A stretch of DNA of 64,000 nt from a virus. Taxonomy: Duplodnaviria; Caudoviricetes. The notes beneath the pieces were generated by a model. The model was not told the DNA's origin, did no database searches, and worked only from the letters and a program-made list of their open reading frames with translations. Both the position numbers and the translations under genes were made by a program. This document shows, piece after piece, positions 9,963 through 19,762 of the stretch. The stretch spans positions 5,533 through 69,532 of the IMG/VR virus record IMGVR_UViG_3300031998_000064; one strand, 5' to 3'. Within the stretch, counting starts at the first letter, position 1, and every line of letters begins with the position of its first letter.

Positions 9963-10197
9963 TCACAGCCTTTCGTGAGTTTTTCCAATCCTCGTAAATC
10001 TTTTTGGTTTCTTCCCGATTGTAATAAAAAACAAGGCACTTATTACCCTTTTCGTTTTGTGTAACCTTAATATCAACAGGATAGAAACCATTCTGCATAT
10101 AATATATACATTGGTTTAAGTTAAGTAACTTTACGGTTTGAAAATAATCATACTTTCGTCCGGTTACAGTACTCATTCTTAGGAATTTGTCTTCCAT
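9943..10197 (-). CDS. Small phage protein, DUF5659-like
   Basis: LLNLNQCIYYMQNGFYP...KCLVFYYNREET pattern; similar in style to 30953..31147. Confidence 0.45.
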   Translation of the reverse strand: MEDKFLRMSTVTGRKYDYFQTVKLLNLNQCIYYMQNGFYPVDIKVTQNEKGNKCLVFYYNREETKKIYEDWKNSRKAVIDDGIS

Positions 10198-10210
10198 TCT
10201 CAGCACCACC

Positions 10211-10687
10211 TTATTTTTCAGCATCTTTTTCTCCCGTCAGTAACGATAATTTAGCAAGATCAAATATCTTATTCTCAAAGTATGATACAAGGTCACGCTC
10301 ATTAGCAATGTAATCATCTACTGCCATATTAAGCAGAGAAGTATATTCCTTACGTTCATCTTCAGGAATGCTTTGTATCAGTATTTCAAACGCACCAGCT
10401 TCTTTAAGAGCATCATATGAAGTAATAAATTCTTCATCAGAAATCTCTATATCTGTATAACTCTTAATAAGATTTACAGCAAATAGTATATATCTTGAAA
10501 TAGTATTCTGCTTATGTACCGGAACTGATTCGGGGGTTTCCTTATATTCCATTGTTGATTGAGCAAGACTCTGACATTTTGCCATCTTTTCTGCAAACGG
10601 CACGTACTTTCTTACAACACGCTTTTTACACTCAGCTCCCTTATCCTTTGCCATCCTAAAATATCCAATAAATTCATCAATTTTCAT
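10211..10687 (-). CDS. Hypothetical phage protein
   Basis: 158 aa ORF tightly coupled to its neighbours. Confidence 0.7.
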   Translation of the reverse strand: MKIDEFIGYFRMAKDKGAECKKRVVRKYVPFAEKMAKCQSLAQSTMEYKETPESVPVHKQNTISRYILFAVNLIKSYTDIEISDEEFITSYDALKEAGAFEILIQSIPEDERKEYTSLLNMAVDDYIANERDLVSYFENKIFDLAKLSLLTGEKDAEK

Positions 10688-11172
10688 TATTTTATCTCCT
10701 TTTCATCGAAAAAATGTAAAACGGCATAGCCAAGAGCAATGCTGTCTGCAACGTCATCACCCTCGTCTATGCCGAGTTTGTCTTTAATATAATCGATGCT
10801 TGCCTGTTTTAATTCGGCTCGCTTCTTCTTACCTTGCTGTATCCCGGCATACTTACGCCATTGTGAGGGCGATATTTCATTATACTCACAATCATGAATA
10901 AGACACCAAGTTCGTACCGATCCAAGAATCTCACATAGTTTTCCAACCATATCAACATTTGATCCATGACCTTGGGGATGTTCTATCCATAGTATATTTG
11001 GTTTCCATTCATTAAGCAATTCAAAAATCTCTTTAATCATTTCGTTCATACGCTGAAAAGTATCCTTAATATTTGACTTACTTATCAGTTTATGCTTCTT
11101 ATACTTTCCATTCACAAATAATGTTAATGCACTATTGTTAGTGGAAGTATCACAACTTACAAATTTAGTCAT
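10687..11172 (-). CDS. ruvC: RuvC-like Holliday junction resolvase
   Basis: SCDTSTNNSALTLF (catalytic D), LWIEHP (E), ISPSQWRKYAG and DDVADSIALG (D/D). Confidence 0.8.
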   Translation of the reverse strand: MTKFVSCDTSTNNSALTLFVNGKYKKHKLISKSNIKDTFQRMNEMIKEIFELLNEWKPNILWIEHPQGHGSNVDMVGKLCEILGSVRTWCLIHDCEYNEISPSQWRKYAGIQQGKKKRAELKQASIDYIKDKLGIDEGDDVADSIALGYAVLHFFDEKEIK

Positions 11173-11686
11173 TTGTGTCTCCTTTTAAATCTCTTATCGC
11201 ATCTTCCTTAGTCATATAGACTTTCAAATTATGAATAAACGGCTCAACCTCATCAATAACATATGAGTTGCCGCCGTTTCTCACATATTCATCATAAGCA
11301 TACTTAAAGTCCTGCTTATCTTTTTCCAAAATGTATTGGTTACGCCTTGCTTCTTCATAAATTGGATGTATTATGTTTCTTAAAACTACGGTATTAACAT
11401 TCTTTTGACCTTTCATATATGTTTCTACTGTATTAACAATATTGTCCAATTTCTGTTCGATAGCATCAAGTTTAGTGTCAAGTTCCTCAATGCGTTTACT
11501 TTGGCCCGAAATTGTTTCGCTTTCAAGTTCCTTACCACGCCTACGGTCATAATATTTTTTAAACTTTCCTACAACCCATACATAGAATTTTTCGATAAGT
11601 ACAACTACCGCAGCTAAAAAAGATATAGCCAGTAAGAATGATCCTACGCTATCGGCCTTTGTAATGTAATCGATTATTTCTTTCAT
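11165..11686 (-). CDS. Membrane protein of the lysis module (one N-terminal TM helix, coiled coil)
   Basis: SFLLAISFLAAVVVLI helix and YDEYVRNGGNSYV motif; start overlaps the endolysin stop (TAATG). Confidence 0.55.
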   Translation of the reverse strand: MKEIIDYITKADSVGSFLLAISFLAAVVVLIEKFYVWVVGKFKKYYDRRRGKELESETISGQSKRIEELDTKLDAIEQKLDNIVNTVETYMKGQKNVNTVVLRNIIHPIYEEARRNQYILEKDKQDFKYAYDEYVRNGGNSYVIDEVEPFIHNLKVYMTKEDAIRDLKGDTND

Positions 11687-12498
11687 TAGTAATCGCCCTC
11701 CCATTTAAAGCCAAGTTTTGTTGCGGTATTTTTACCGATAATACCATCAGCTTTTAAACCGTTATCTGTTTGAAATCCCTTAGTAGCGGACTCTGTTTTA
11801 GATCCAAATACACCATCAATACTGCCGGGATTATAACCCTTGTCAGCTAAAAGTATTTGAGCATCTTCAACATCATCACCACGCATGTAAGGATTAGCAA
11901 GATATAAATCTCTCTTAAGTATAGGCTTGGACGGTTCAGGTGAAGGAGAGTCTGAATACCAATCAGGACGAGCCGCATAGCCCCAACCTCTTTCGGCAAT
12001 AACTGTCTTAACTACTCCAACATCATGATTTTTAGACTCAACTGCATACTTATTATCAATTGCATATCCAATATGCCATTTATTATCTGAACTACCCATA
12101 AACAGATAATCGCCTGCTTTAACATCACTTAAAGCAATCTTTTTACCATGTGCCTCTGTTTCTTTAGTGCCAACTATATATTTCCATATTCCGTTAGCGT
12201 TTGTATCTGACTTTAGAAGATTATGAGAGAGCAAGAAGGCTATACCAAGGCCGGAACAATCTTCTCCATGAATGTCAAAAATATTAACACCATTCTTTAA
12301 TCTTTTTTGTAAAAGAGTTAATACTCGGTCAGTATTATCAAGAGCTGCTTTATCCGTATGATCATCTTTTTCCATGTTACAGAGTTTCGGCATTTGTTCT
12401 ATGAATAATTCACCATTGCCGCCCCAAACATAAAGGTCGATCCCTACACGGCTCTCAAGATAATCAAGCCATTCTTTAAGAGTTACTGTCTTTGCCAT
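11686..12498 (-). CDS. Endolysin: NlpC/P60-like catalytic domain + peptidoglycan-binding domain
   Basis: YVWGGNG...DCSGL...HIGY catalytic motifs; C-terminal RGDDVEDAQILL...GYNPGSIDGVFGSKTESATKGFQ...DGIIG (PG_binding_1). Confidence 0.85.
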   Translation of the reverse strand: MAKTVTLKEWLDYLESRVGIDLYVWGGNGELFIEQMPKLCNMEKDDHTDKAALDNTDRVLTLLQKRLKNGVNIFDIHGEDCSGLGIAFLLSHNLLKSDTNANGIWKYIVGTKETEAHGKKIALSDVKAGDYLFMGSSDNKWHIGYAIDNKYAVESKNHDVGVVKTVIAERGWGYAARPDWYSDSPSPEPSKPILKRDLYLANPYMRGDDVEDAQILLADKGYNPGSIDGVFGSKTESATKGFQTDNGLKADGIIGKNTATKLGFKWEGDY

Positions 12499-12688
12499 CT
12501 TCATCAGCCTCCTTAGTTTCTTTCTTGCCCGCTTGTGTTCCGAAATAGAAAGAAATTATCATAATAAATACTGATAAAAATTCCTGACCACTAACGACTC
12601 CTGTTACTGATAAATAAGCAAATACCGCTGTTAACACAAAAGTAACAATACTTTTAACATCAATTAACTTTGCAAGCTTTTTTAACAT
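12476..12688 (-). CDS. Holin
   Basis: About 70 aa, two hydrophobic helices, IISFYFGTQ motif and charged C-terminus; directly upstream of the endolysin. Confidence 0.75.
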   Translation of the reverse strand: MLKKLAKLIDVKSIVTFVLTAVFAYLSVTGVVSGQEFLSVFIMIISFYFGTQAGKKETKEADEDGKDSNS

Positions 12689-12727
12689 AACAATCGCTCC
12701 TTTCATTATTTTATTTTATTAATTTAG

Positions 12728-12758
12728 AAAAAGGAGAGCAGTTATCCGCCCTCCTTTT
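12728..12758 (-). terminator. Intrinsic terminator
   Basis: Minus strand AAAAGGAGGGC-GGATAACT-GCTCTCCTTTTT. Confidence 0.6.
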
Positions 12759-12779
12759 CAAAGTTCAATCATAAAAATA

Positions 12780-13190
12780 TCATCTGTTTAATTCATCCAT
12801 CATTCTTTCAATGATGTCAGCCTCACGGTCATCTCTGGCATCCTGATACATAGCATTAAGTTTTGCCATCATATCATTATCCCTTGAATAACCTCTTGTT
12901 CGAGAACTGTTGCGTCTCATAGACGATCCGTAACGCCTATTCATTCCGGAATATGTTCCGTTAATGTTATAAGTTCCATCTCTTCCCGAACTGCCATTTC
13001 CCATATCAGATTGGTCAATCATGAGAATGCTCTTTCTTGTAGAAGCAATAGTATGCGTAAGTTTGTCAAGCATATCAATATCTTCTTTTGAAATAGTACT
13101 TTCATCATTGTCCAATTTCTTATTAAGATCATGCAATTCTTTTGTTGCACATTCATAACTGTTTTCTAATTCTTCACATGTATCATACAT
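12780..13190 (-). CDS. Hypothetical protein (cassette gene 6; helical, GRDGxY/RGYSRD motifs)
   Basis: 136 aa ORF with RBS. Confidence 0.7.
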   Translation of the reverse strand: MYDTCEELENSYECATKELHDLNKKLDNDESTISKEDIDMLDKLTHTIASTRKSILMIDQSDMGNGSSGRDGTYNINGTYSGMNRRYGSSMRRNSSRTRGYSRDNDMMAKLNAMYQDARDDREADIIERMMDELNR

Positions 13191-13207
13191 AAATTCTTAT
13201 CCTCCTT

Positions 13208-13663
13208 TCACGCTATCCTATTGATAACAAGGTTTGCATTTTCAACTAATACACTTGTTGCAGGGGTATCGGTAGTATTTGGTGCAACAACATCTACGGA
13301 CAAATTAAAACAACATCCGCGAGGGACTTGAATTATTGCCGTACTTGTTACATTGCCAAATTGTCCTGCAGCCGCAGGAGTTATTACCGCTCTACTTGTT
13401 GGTCTTTCTTCACCATTAGTTGTTATTGCAACTGCAATTGGCACAACTGTTGCTCCAGTTGGCAATGCAATATTAGAATTAAATACAACTTGATATGTAG
13501 CGAATTGTGCACAAGGATTATTTACGATACCACGTAGTATAAAGATACCTGTTTCATCCTCATGGTAAACCAACCCACGCTTACAAGGTATGGAAGCAGT
13601 GAATACAATTGGAGCATTAAGACTAACACTCTGTTGCGCGTTTGCTAAATATTCAGCCGCCAT
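13208..13663 (-). CDS. Hypothetical beta-sandwich protein, BclA-C/C1q-like (cassette gene 5)
   Basis: MAAEYLANAQQSV...GIFILRG...YQVVFNSNIA...GNVTSTAIIQVPRGCC...ANLVINRIA; likely start at 13663. Confidence 0.5.
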   Translation of the reverse strand: MAAEYLANAQQSVSLNAPIVFTASIPCKRGLVYHEDETGIFILRGIVNNPCAQFATYQVVFNSNIALPTGATVVPIAVAITTNGEERPTSRAVITPAAAGQFGNVTSTAIIQVPRGCCFNLSVDVVAPNTTDTPATSVLVENANLVINRIA

Positions 13664-13677
13664 ATCGTAACACCCCC

Positions 13678-14502
13678 TTACGCACCACATCCACAACCAT
13701 AAGTGGGATAAGCACAATTAGGATTCTGAACTATATATGCGGGCATAGCCACCGGACGAACATACTGTTCAACCAAAGTTGCTTGTTTTTCCTGTCCGGC
13801 AAGAATCTGCTGTGTCTGAAGATTCTGTGAAGATGCGAGTTGTGCCATATTAAGCTGCTGTCTGAGATTTTCATTTTCTCGTCTTTCAGCCTGAAGTTCT
13901 TGAGCGCAAAGTTTATCATTAATACCACGAATACCATCAAGAATAGCCTGAGTATTAGCTGTGCTATTTGTAAGCAAATCACGAACTCCAAGGTTAAGGG
14001 CATTACGGTCTGCACAACCCTCTGTTGCAATATTATATTTAAGGTCAGCAATTGACGCTCTGTTTTCGCAACAACAATTTTGTAAAGCTGTCGCAATATT
14101 ATTCATCTGACCTGTGACAGCAGTAACATCAGCAAACCTCTGATTCATTGATGCTATCTGATTTTCATATGCTGTCTGCATCTGATTCATAGCTCTATTA
14201 CAACCGGCTACTTCTGCATTTGCGAAGCCATTTGTAAGAGAACTCTGAATACCACTAAGCTGTCCTGTAAGAGCAGCCTGATTAAACCCTGCTTGAACAC
14301 CTTCATCAGTTCTCTGTGAAGCTGCTAATAGCCAAGGGTTTGCCCCATTGTTACTATTGTTTCCCCATCCATTTCCACCAAACATTCCAAAGATAAGGAA
14401 CAGTATAATCCATGATCCCCAATCTCCACCGAGACCGCTTCCACCATTGCCATACATAGGTGTTACTGGCATAATCATGCCTTCATTTCCATTAGTTATC
14501 AT
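13678..14502 (-). CDS. Gly/Asn-rich protein with a TM segment and Cys-rich motifs (cassette gene 4)
   Basis: GNGGSGLGGDWGSWIILFLIFGMFGGNGWG, heptad-like A/N/Q repeats, LQNCCCENR and C-terminal CAYPTYGCGCGA. Confidence 0.75.
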   Translation of the reverse strand: MITNGNEGMIMPVTPMYGNGGSGLGGDWGSWIILFLIFGMFGGNGWGNNSNNGANPWLLAASQRTDEGVQAGFNQAALTGQLSGIQSSLTNGFANAEVAGCNRAMNQMQTAYENQIASMNQRFADVTAVTGQMNNIATALQNCCCENRASIADLKYNIATEGCADRNALNLGVRDLLTNSTANTQAILDGIRGINDKLCAQELQAERRENENLRQQLNMAQLASSQNLQTQQILAGQEKQATLVEQYVRPVAMPAYIVQNPNCAYPTYGCGCGA

Positions 14503-14599
14503 ATACTTTCTCCTTTATGATTATTATATTTATGCAAAATATCCTAACCATCTTTTCAGTTGCGCGCTTACCAATCCGATAATCAGAATATTGAACATA

Positions 14600-14815
14600 C
14601 TATTTCTGATACGGATTTTGTGGTATTAAACCACTATTCATCAAGCCTTTATATTGTGAATATGCTTGATTATATTGTTCTTGAGTAAGCTTCCCACTGC
14701 GGAGAAGATAATTAATCATGTCATCTGGGTTAGTTATATTATTAGGTATATTGACACCCTTACCAGCCCATGCCTGAAATGGGTTCTTTAAAAAAGACAT
14801 CAATCCTTCAAACAC
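14600..14815 (-). CDS. Small hypothetical protein (cassette gene 3)
   Basis: 71 aa, NPDDMINYLLRSGKLTQEQYN; coupled to the upstream gene. Confidence 0.65.
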   Translation of the reverse strand: MFEGLMSFLKNPFQAWAGKGVNIPNNITNPDDMINYLLRSGKLTQEQYNQAYSQYKGLMNSGLIPQNPYQK

Positions 14816-15222
14816 TATCTACCACCGCCTTTCTTGTCAAACTTAGGCTTATTAGTGGTAAACTGTTCAAAGAGTTTCTTTAACTCTGCGATATCATTCT
14901 TTAAGCAATCCACTTCATTTTCTAATCGACTTGGTTCTTCCATTTTTTGAGGTTGTGGTTGAACCTGTTCTTCTTTCTTAAATACTGAAAATACATAACT
15001 TTCATTAGGTGCAAAACCTAACGATTTCGTATAAAAATACGTCCCATTTTGATCTTCAAACACCAAATGATTACCCGGTGCTATAGGCCATACTTCAGCC
15101 TCATGTCTATCTTTTACATAATTATAATTATATGTAGAAGCATAAACTTGATTTAACTGTTCCTGTCTTTGTTGCGCCTGATAATTCTGATATGGCATTG
15201 GTTGTTGATAATATTGATACAC
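14815..15222 (-). CDS. Hypothetical protein with Q/Y/P-rich N-terminus (cassette gene 2)
   Basis: 135 aa, YVKDRHEAEVWPIAPG...FYTKS. Confidence 0.7.
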   Translation of the reverse strand: MYQYYQQPMPYQNYQAQQRQEQLNQVYASTYNYNYVKDRHEAEVWPIAPGNHLVFEDQNGTYFYTKSLGFAPNESYVFSVFKKEEQVQPQPQKMEEPSRLENEVDCLKNDIAELKKLFEQFTTNKPKFDKKGGGR

Positions 15223-15605
15223 TAATCATCTTCCTTTCTGAAATAAAATAATACTGTCCGGTCACCACTATCCCATGTGTCAATATAAAAACCATCAACT
15301 ACGGCAACTGCGTGCTGACCATCGCCCAAAATATATTTTCCATACTTATGATCTCTTGCAAATTGTCTAACAGTATAACATAATGGACAAGTGTTAGGCA
15401 GAATATGTCTTGAAAAACCATGAGATAGAAGATAAGATCCCCACACAACATTTGCATTTGGCATATCTTTCTCGGTATAACCTTCAGCCATTAATTCTAA
15501 ATATACCTCATCCCAGTCCTTTCCTGTTACCGTAACAGTTGCTCGAATAACACAATCATCAACATTTTTGTTGTATGGGTTAAAGTTCTTTTGTATAAAT
15601 CCCAT
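15222..15605 (-). CDS. Putative papain-fold/C39-like cysteine peptidase (cassette gene 1)
   Basis: Likely start MGFIQK at 15605. NPYNKNVDDCVIRA (Cys), GQHAVAVVDG (His) and DTWDS (Asp) occur in catalytic-triad order. Confidence 0.45.
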   Translation of the reverse strand: MGFIQKNFNPYNKNVDDCVIRATVTVTGKDWDEVYLELMAEGYTEKDMPNANVVWGSYLLSHGFSRHILPNTCPLCYTVRQFARDHKYGKYILGDGQHAVAVVDGFYIDTWDSGDRTVLFYFRKEDD

Positions 15606-15689
15606 ATTAAACTCCGTTCTAATGCTCCCTAAGGTAGTAGCACACCACCACCTTAGACAACATAATACAAAACATAATGACAACCCGAA

Positions 15690-15845
15690 TCATTTACTCG
15701 GACGATCGTTATGTAATCTATTCGGTTTCAAATAATGCATATCATAATAAGACTTTGCAGCCATTCGTATAAGCTCGTCCTCATCAGACATACATTTTAA
15801 TACTTCATCTAAAGGAACTAATTTCCATTCATCTTTCTTATCCAT
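15690..15845 (-). CDS. 51 aa hypothetical protein
   Basis: MDKKDEWKLVPLDEVLK...; GGAGAAAAAGGA RBS region upstream; below the ORF-track cutoff. Confidence 0.45.
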   Translation of the reverse strand: MDKKDEWKLVPLDEVLKCMSDEDELIRMAAKSYYDMHYLKPNRLHNDRPSK

Positions 15846-15862
15846 TCCTTTTTCTCCAATAC

Positions 15863-15893
15863 AAAAAGGGCGATAAACAAATACCGCCCTAAA
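15863..15893 (-). terminator. Intrinsic terminator
   Basis: Minus strand AGGGCGGT-ATTTGTTT-ATCGCCCT followed by TTTT. Confidence 0.6.
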
Positions 15894-15895
15894 AA

Positions 15896-16195
15896 TTATT
15901 TTTCTGTTTTCTTAACCACAGGTTTCTTTTCTTCAGGCTTTTCTTTCAGTTTCTTTACAGCTACCAAAAGGTCGGGATTAGTAACCTTGTTAAGATCAAT
16001 ACCCTTAAGCATTTCGTTTGCCTGTTCTTTAGTTATATAACCAAACCAAAAAGGATTAAGAGTATCAAAGATTTTTTTACAATCTTCACTATCATACTCA
16101 TTCATCCAATCAGGAGCGCCAATAAAATCAGCGCAATTGGGGCAATAACGATACTCTTTACCACAGGTATAACATATTTTATTATTTTCAGCCAT
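15896..16195 (-). CDS. Small zinc-binding phage protein
   Basis: CYTCGKEYRYCPNC motif; follows the major tail gene. Confidence 0.7.
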   Translation of the reverse strand: MAENNKICYTCGKEYRYCPNCADFIGAPDWMNEYDSEDCKKIFDTLNPFWFGYITKEQANEMLKGIDLNKVTNPDLLVAVKKLKEKPEEKKPVVKKTEK

Positions 16196-16215
16196 CGTAA
16201 TTCCTCCATGTAATC

Positions 16216-16245
16216 AAAAATAAAGGGTGTCAAAAGACACCCTTT
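16216..16245 (-). terminator. Terminator after the major tail protein gene
   Basis: AAAGGGTGTC-AAAA-GACACCCTTT hairpin, with a T-rich tail on the minus strand. Confidence 0.65.
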
Positions 16246-16260
16246 TATAACCTGTCAAAA

Positions 16261-17103
16261 TTACGAATTTACGACTACTGCGGTTGTAACTGCGTTCTCG
16301 AGCGGGAAGTATACTGTGAAGAGAACAGGATCGGTTGCACAGTAGTTAACGTTAATGTTACCATTGAATGACATATTCTGCTCATCAGAATTGAAACTAA
16401 GAGTAGTTTCAGGTGAAGGAGAGAATGAAGGTATATTAACGTAGCAAGCACGAGGCGTATCGTTACAAGGATCAATGTATGAGCAGTAGAAAGTAAGATC
16501 CTGAGCAACAGGGAACTTGTTTGCAAGATTCTCCATCTTGAAGCCCTCTGTTCTACTTCTTGTATACATTACAAAGTAAGAGAGAGGCTTGCCTGTTCCA
16601 GAAGCCGGAACGGTGATCTTCTTATTGGTAGCATCATACAGATATGTATAAGTGCCAGTAGACTCATCATATGTAGGATCGCCAGTAGTAATCTTTGTAA
16701 GATCCTCACCGTTGATACCGTTTGCAAACAGAGCCTTAACCTTGATAGTTGTAGCATCAACGTTTGCATCAAGAGTATAAGCTGCAGAGCCAGCACCGAT
16801 AAGTTCGATACGAGGCATGTTGATAGGTGCAGTAGAAGTAGCAACCTTAATATCTGAACCGGAAGCGTTGTTCATAATCATAGGGTTAAGGAATGCATTC
16901 TCGGCATTAACAGTACCCTGCTTAGACTTATAAATACGTCTTACAATGTTACCCTTCTTATCCGTGATATCAGAACTCTCAGAAGTAATCTCGATAGATG
17001 CATTCTGAAGCTGATCAAGGGTATAAAGGATATTGCCACTAAAGTCTCTACTGATACCATAAAGGATTTCATCAATAGCAATATTGCCTAATTTAATAGC
17101 CAT
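16261..17103 (-). CDS. Major tail tube protein
   Basis: 280 aa, T/N/S-rich beta-type sequence, strong RBS, own terminator, and position after the head-tail genes. Confidence 0.65.
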   Translation of the reverse strand: MAIKLGNIAIDEILYGISRDFSGNILYTLDQLQNASIEITSESSDITDKKGNIVRRIYKSKQGTVNAENAFLNPMIMNNASGSDIKVATSTAPINMPRIELIGAGSAAYTLDANVDATTIKVKALFANGINGEDLTKITTGDPTYDESTGTYTYLYDATNKKITVPASGTGKPLSYFVMYTRSRTEGFKMENLANKFPVAQDLTFYCSYIDPCNDTPRACYVNIPSFSPSPETTLSFNSDEQNMSFNGNINVNYCATDPVLFTVYFPLENAVTTAVVVNS

Positions 17104-17141
17104 TATTATTTCCTCCTTATGTGAAATAAAATAAGAGGAAC

Positions 17142-17963
17142 TTATGCGTCCCTCATGAAGTTAAATTGTTCTTTATCAATTTTGGATGAATCTATCATCC
17201 CTGAGTAACTGCCCTTAAGTAGAGCAGTAGTATTCTCGTATATCTGCAATCGCTTGACACTATCATAGAACTCACATATATTTACGTGTCGAAGCTCCAT
17301 AGGTCTGTACTTAAATCCGGGGTGGTTTACGCAAGCGGAGATTAACGGAAGAATAGAAGTGTTTTCCTCTTTTTTCTTCGTTTTCTGTGCAATCTCTAAT
17401 GCTCGTTGATCCTTATGAAGATACCATTGCTTTAACACAGGATCATCCGTAATCTTTTCATCAGGATACATATTAAATACAGCTCTAAGATATTGTGCAA
17501 AATGCTGATATACTTCTTCGTTTATCTCAATATTATCTTCTTTATCCCATAAAACTACTGTTTCAGCCTGATCGGGTAATTGCTTTTTATAAAGCACGAA
17601 CTTCTTAAAGTCCAAATCCCCGAACATTAACTTTGAAGCCTCACTATCAATTTGAGGATAGAGCATACAAAACAATTCAAAATCACTAAGCGTGTTCCAA
17701 TCCAATTTCAATTCGTCCAACATAAGGCGATAAGAGGTAGTATTGGTTACGAAAATTCCTAGTGTGCTGTAGAATTTTTTCTCACCAAGTTCCATAATGT
17801 CACCTACCGTGGGAATCTCAACTGTAATAGAACCTTGTGCTGATTCTAAATCAATAACGTATGGTTTCCCGAAATACATCTGAAGCTTATCAAACTCAAA
17901 TTGCTGATAACGATATTTCCGTTTAATACTAATCTGTTTGCCATCTATAACTTCCCTACTCAA
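17142..17963 (-). CDS. Conserved phage protein (tail-associated)
   Basis: 273 aa ORF in the morphogenesis operon. Confidence 0.6.
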   Translation of the reverse strand: MSREVIDGKQISIKRKYRYQQFEFDKLQMYFGKPYVIDLESAQGSITVEIPTVGDIMELGEKKFYSTLGIFVTNTTSYRLMLDELKLDWNTLSDFELFCMLYPQIDSEASKLMFGDLDFKKFVLYKKQLPDQAETVVLWDKEDNIEINEEVYQHFAQYLRAVFNMYPDEKITDDPVLKQWYLHKDQRALEIAQKTKKKEENTSILPLISACVNHPGFKYRPMELRHVNICEFYDSVKRLQIYENTTALLKGSYSGMIDSSKIDKEQFNFMRDA

Positions 17964-18559
17964 TAAACCACATCCTTATTAGCAGTATCGGAAATATATT
18001 CGCCATGCGGCCTTAAAGCAGTCTTAACAATGTTGTTGTCGGTAATCTGCTCAAAAACCAAAGTACGGCAAGCATACTTAATATCAACGGTTGATGCTTG
18101 GTCAGAGATAAGATGTATCTGCTTACCAAAATAATTTGTCCAATCAAACTTATTTAAGATTAGCGCAGCAAGCAAGTCATGTTTGGCTATACCCGTATCT
18201 GCATCTTTAATAAGCTTTTGCTCCGAGATAAGATAGAAGATTATATTTAGATTCTTTCTTGTACTGTTGGTGTCATAACGCCTTTTTTCATATGACGTTT
18301 CAAAACAAATAAAGTTAGAAGCCTCTGATTGGCTAGGTGAGATAAGATAATACGGTAAGATATTGACACCAAAATATGCATCCGCATTCGTCATATCATC
18401 CTCAACCAATGGCTCCAGCTCTTTGTTATCAAGCACATGAAGTATATATTTATCGCCAAGAAGAACTTCCTTTATCTTCTCCTTAACTTTGACATCATCA
18501 CAGTCAGGGTTATTTTTAAAGACAAGTAGTCGTTCTCTATCAGCATCTGTCCATGTCAT
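17960..18559 (-). CDS. Putative tail terminator / tail completion protein
   Basis: 199 aa; position in the operon and a LxFEQ C-terminal pattern. Confidence 0.45.
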   Translation of the reverse strand: MTWTDADRERLLVFKNNPDCDDVKVKEKIKEVLLGDKYILHVLDNKELEPLVEDDMTNADAYFGVNILPYYLISPSQSEASNFICFETSYEKRRYDTNSTRKNLNIIFYLISEQKLIKDADTGIAKHDLLAALILNKFDWTNYFGKQIHLISDQASTVDIKYACRTLVFEQITDNNIVKTALRPHGEYISDTANKDVVY

Positions 18560-18571
18560 AATAATCCCTCC

Positions 18572-19762
18572 TTATAATGCCACTACTGATATATCAAACT
18601 CTGTTGTGATGGGTTCAACTTCAGTAGTTATATACTTTACTGTCATTACTTTATTTATCCATAAACCATTATTAGGTAACTTAACCTTAATTTGGTTTGC
18701 ACTAATACCTGAAGTTGATATAGTCGGCTCTATTTCTGCGCCATCTATCCAAAAGCTCCAAGCTCCCTCTTTAAACGGTAGAGGTATACCTTCCTCATCA
18801 TAAAAGTCAATTGTAAACTTCTTATAACTTCCCCCGACTTTAATCTCCTGTGTTCCAGTACACAAAATAACCCCCGTTGTGGGAGTAGGAGAGGGGTTAT
18901 ACTGTTCGGGTGTAACAGGCTTCTCATAATAATCAGCCCATAACCCAACTACGTTTCCATGTTCGTCTTTCTCTATATAATCCTTGTCAGGATCAAAATG
19001 ATCTTGAGCAAGTGTTATTAAAGCACATCCGGGCAAATCCGTTCGGTTAACTTTAGAAACGTGCCATGCTCGACACTCTTTCTGATCAACATTTGCATCT
19101 ATTAAAAAGCGTTTATTATACCATATTGCTTCTGTTAAACGTGAGAGCGGAACTATGAACTGTTGTTGATCTTCAACAGATTCTACTTTGTACTTAATCC
19201 ATAGGCCACTATTGTACGAATTTTGGCTTCTCAAACAAACTGGTATTTTATACATAACGCTATCGATAATAGCATCAAGTACATAATCGCACCTTAATAT
19301 TTCGAAATTAGGAAACTGTGGATCATTAATATTTGCAGTGGCGCATACAAGCCAACGATTCCAAATGCCATCACGATTTTGTATATCTACATATAATCCA
19401 ACCGGGTATTCCGCAGAATAACGGCTCCTAAAGTATTCATCATAATAATCCACTACGCATTTTTGATTTGGACGCATCTGCAAATGATATGTGATAGCGT
19501 CCTTAGCTAAAGTCTGTTTTGACGCAACGATATATTTGATATCCATAGGAATCTTATATTCATCCTGTTCCGGATGAAGATCGACAAGCTGAGTATAATG
19601 GGTGTCATGATTCCAATCATAGAAGTACCCAATCCGACTTTCAATCTCGTTGTCCCATGTATATTCCTCAATCATATCTGATTGCATCTTATGAACATTT
19701 CCGATATGTTTCTCACCCAATATCCTTGGGTAACTCCGCAGAGTTATCATGTTGTCGCCCAC
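18572..19762 (-). CDS. Head closure/stopper-like structural protein with C-terminal Ig-like domain
   Basis: 396 aa; C-terminal TQEIKVGGSYKKFT...WSFWIDG Ig-like stretch. Confidence 0.45.
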   Translation of the reverse strand: MGDNMITLRSYPRILGEKHIGNVHKMQSDMIEEYTWDNEIESRIGYFYDWNHDTHYTQLVDLHPEQDEYKIPMDIKYIVASKQTLAKDAITYHLQMRPNQKCVVDYYDEYFRSRYSAEYPVGLYVDIQNRDGIWNRWLVCATANINDPQFPNFEILRCDYVLDAIIDSVMYKIPVCLRSQNSYNSGLWIKYKVESVEDQQQFIVPLSRLTEAIWYNKRFLIDANVDQKECRAWHVSKVNRTDLPGCALITLAQDHFDPDKDYIEKDEHGNVVGLWADYYEKPVTPEQYNPSPTPTTGVILCTGTQEIKVGGSYKKFTIDFYDEEGIPLPFKEGAWSFWIDGAEIEPTISTSGISANQIKVKLPNNGLWINKVMTVKYITTEVEPITTEFDISVVAL

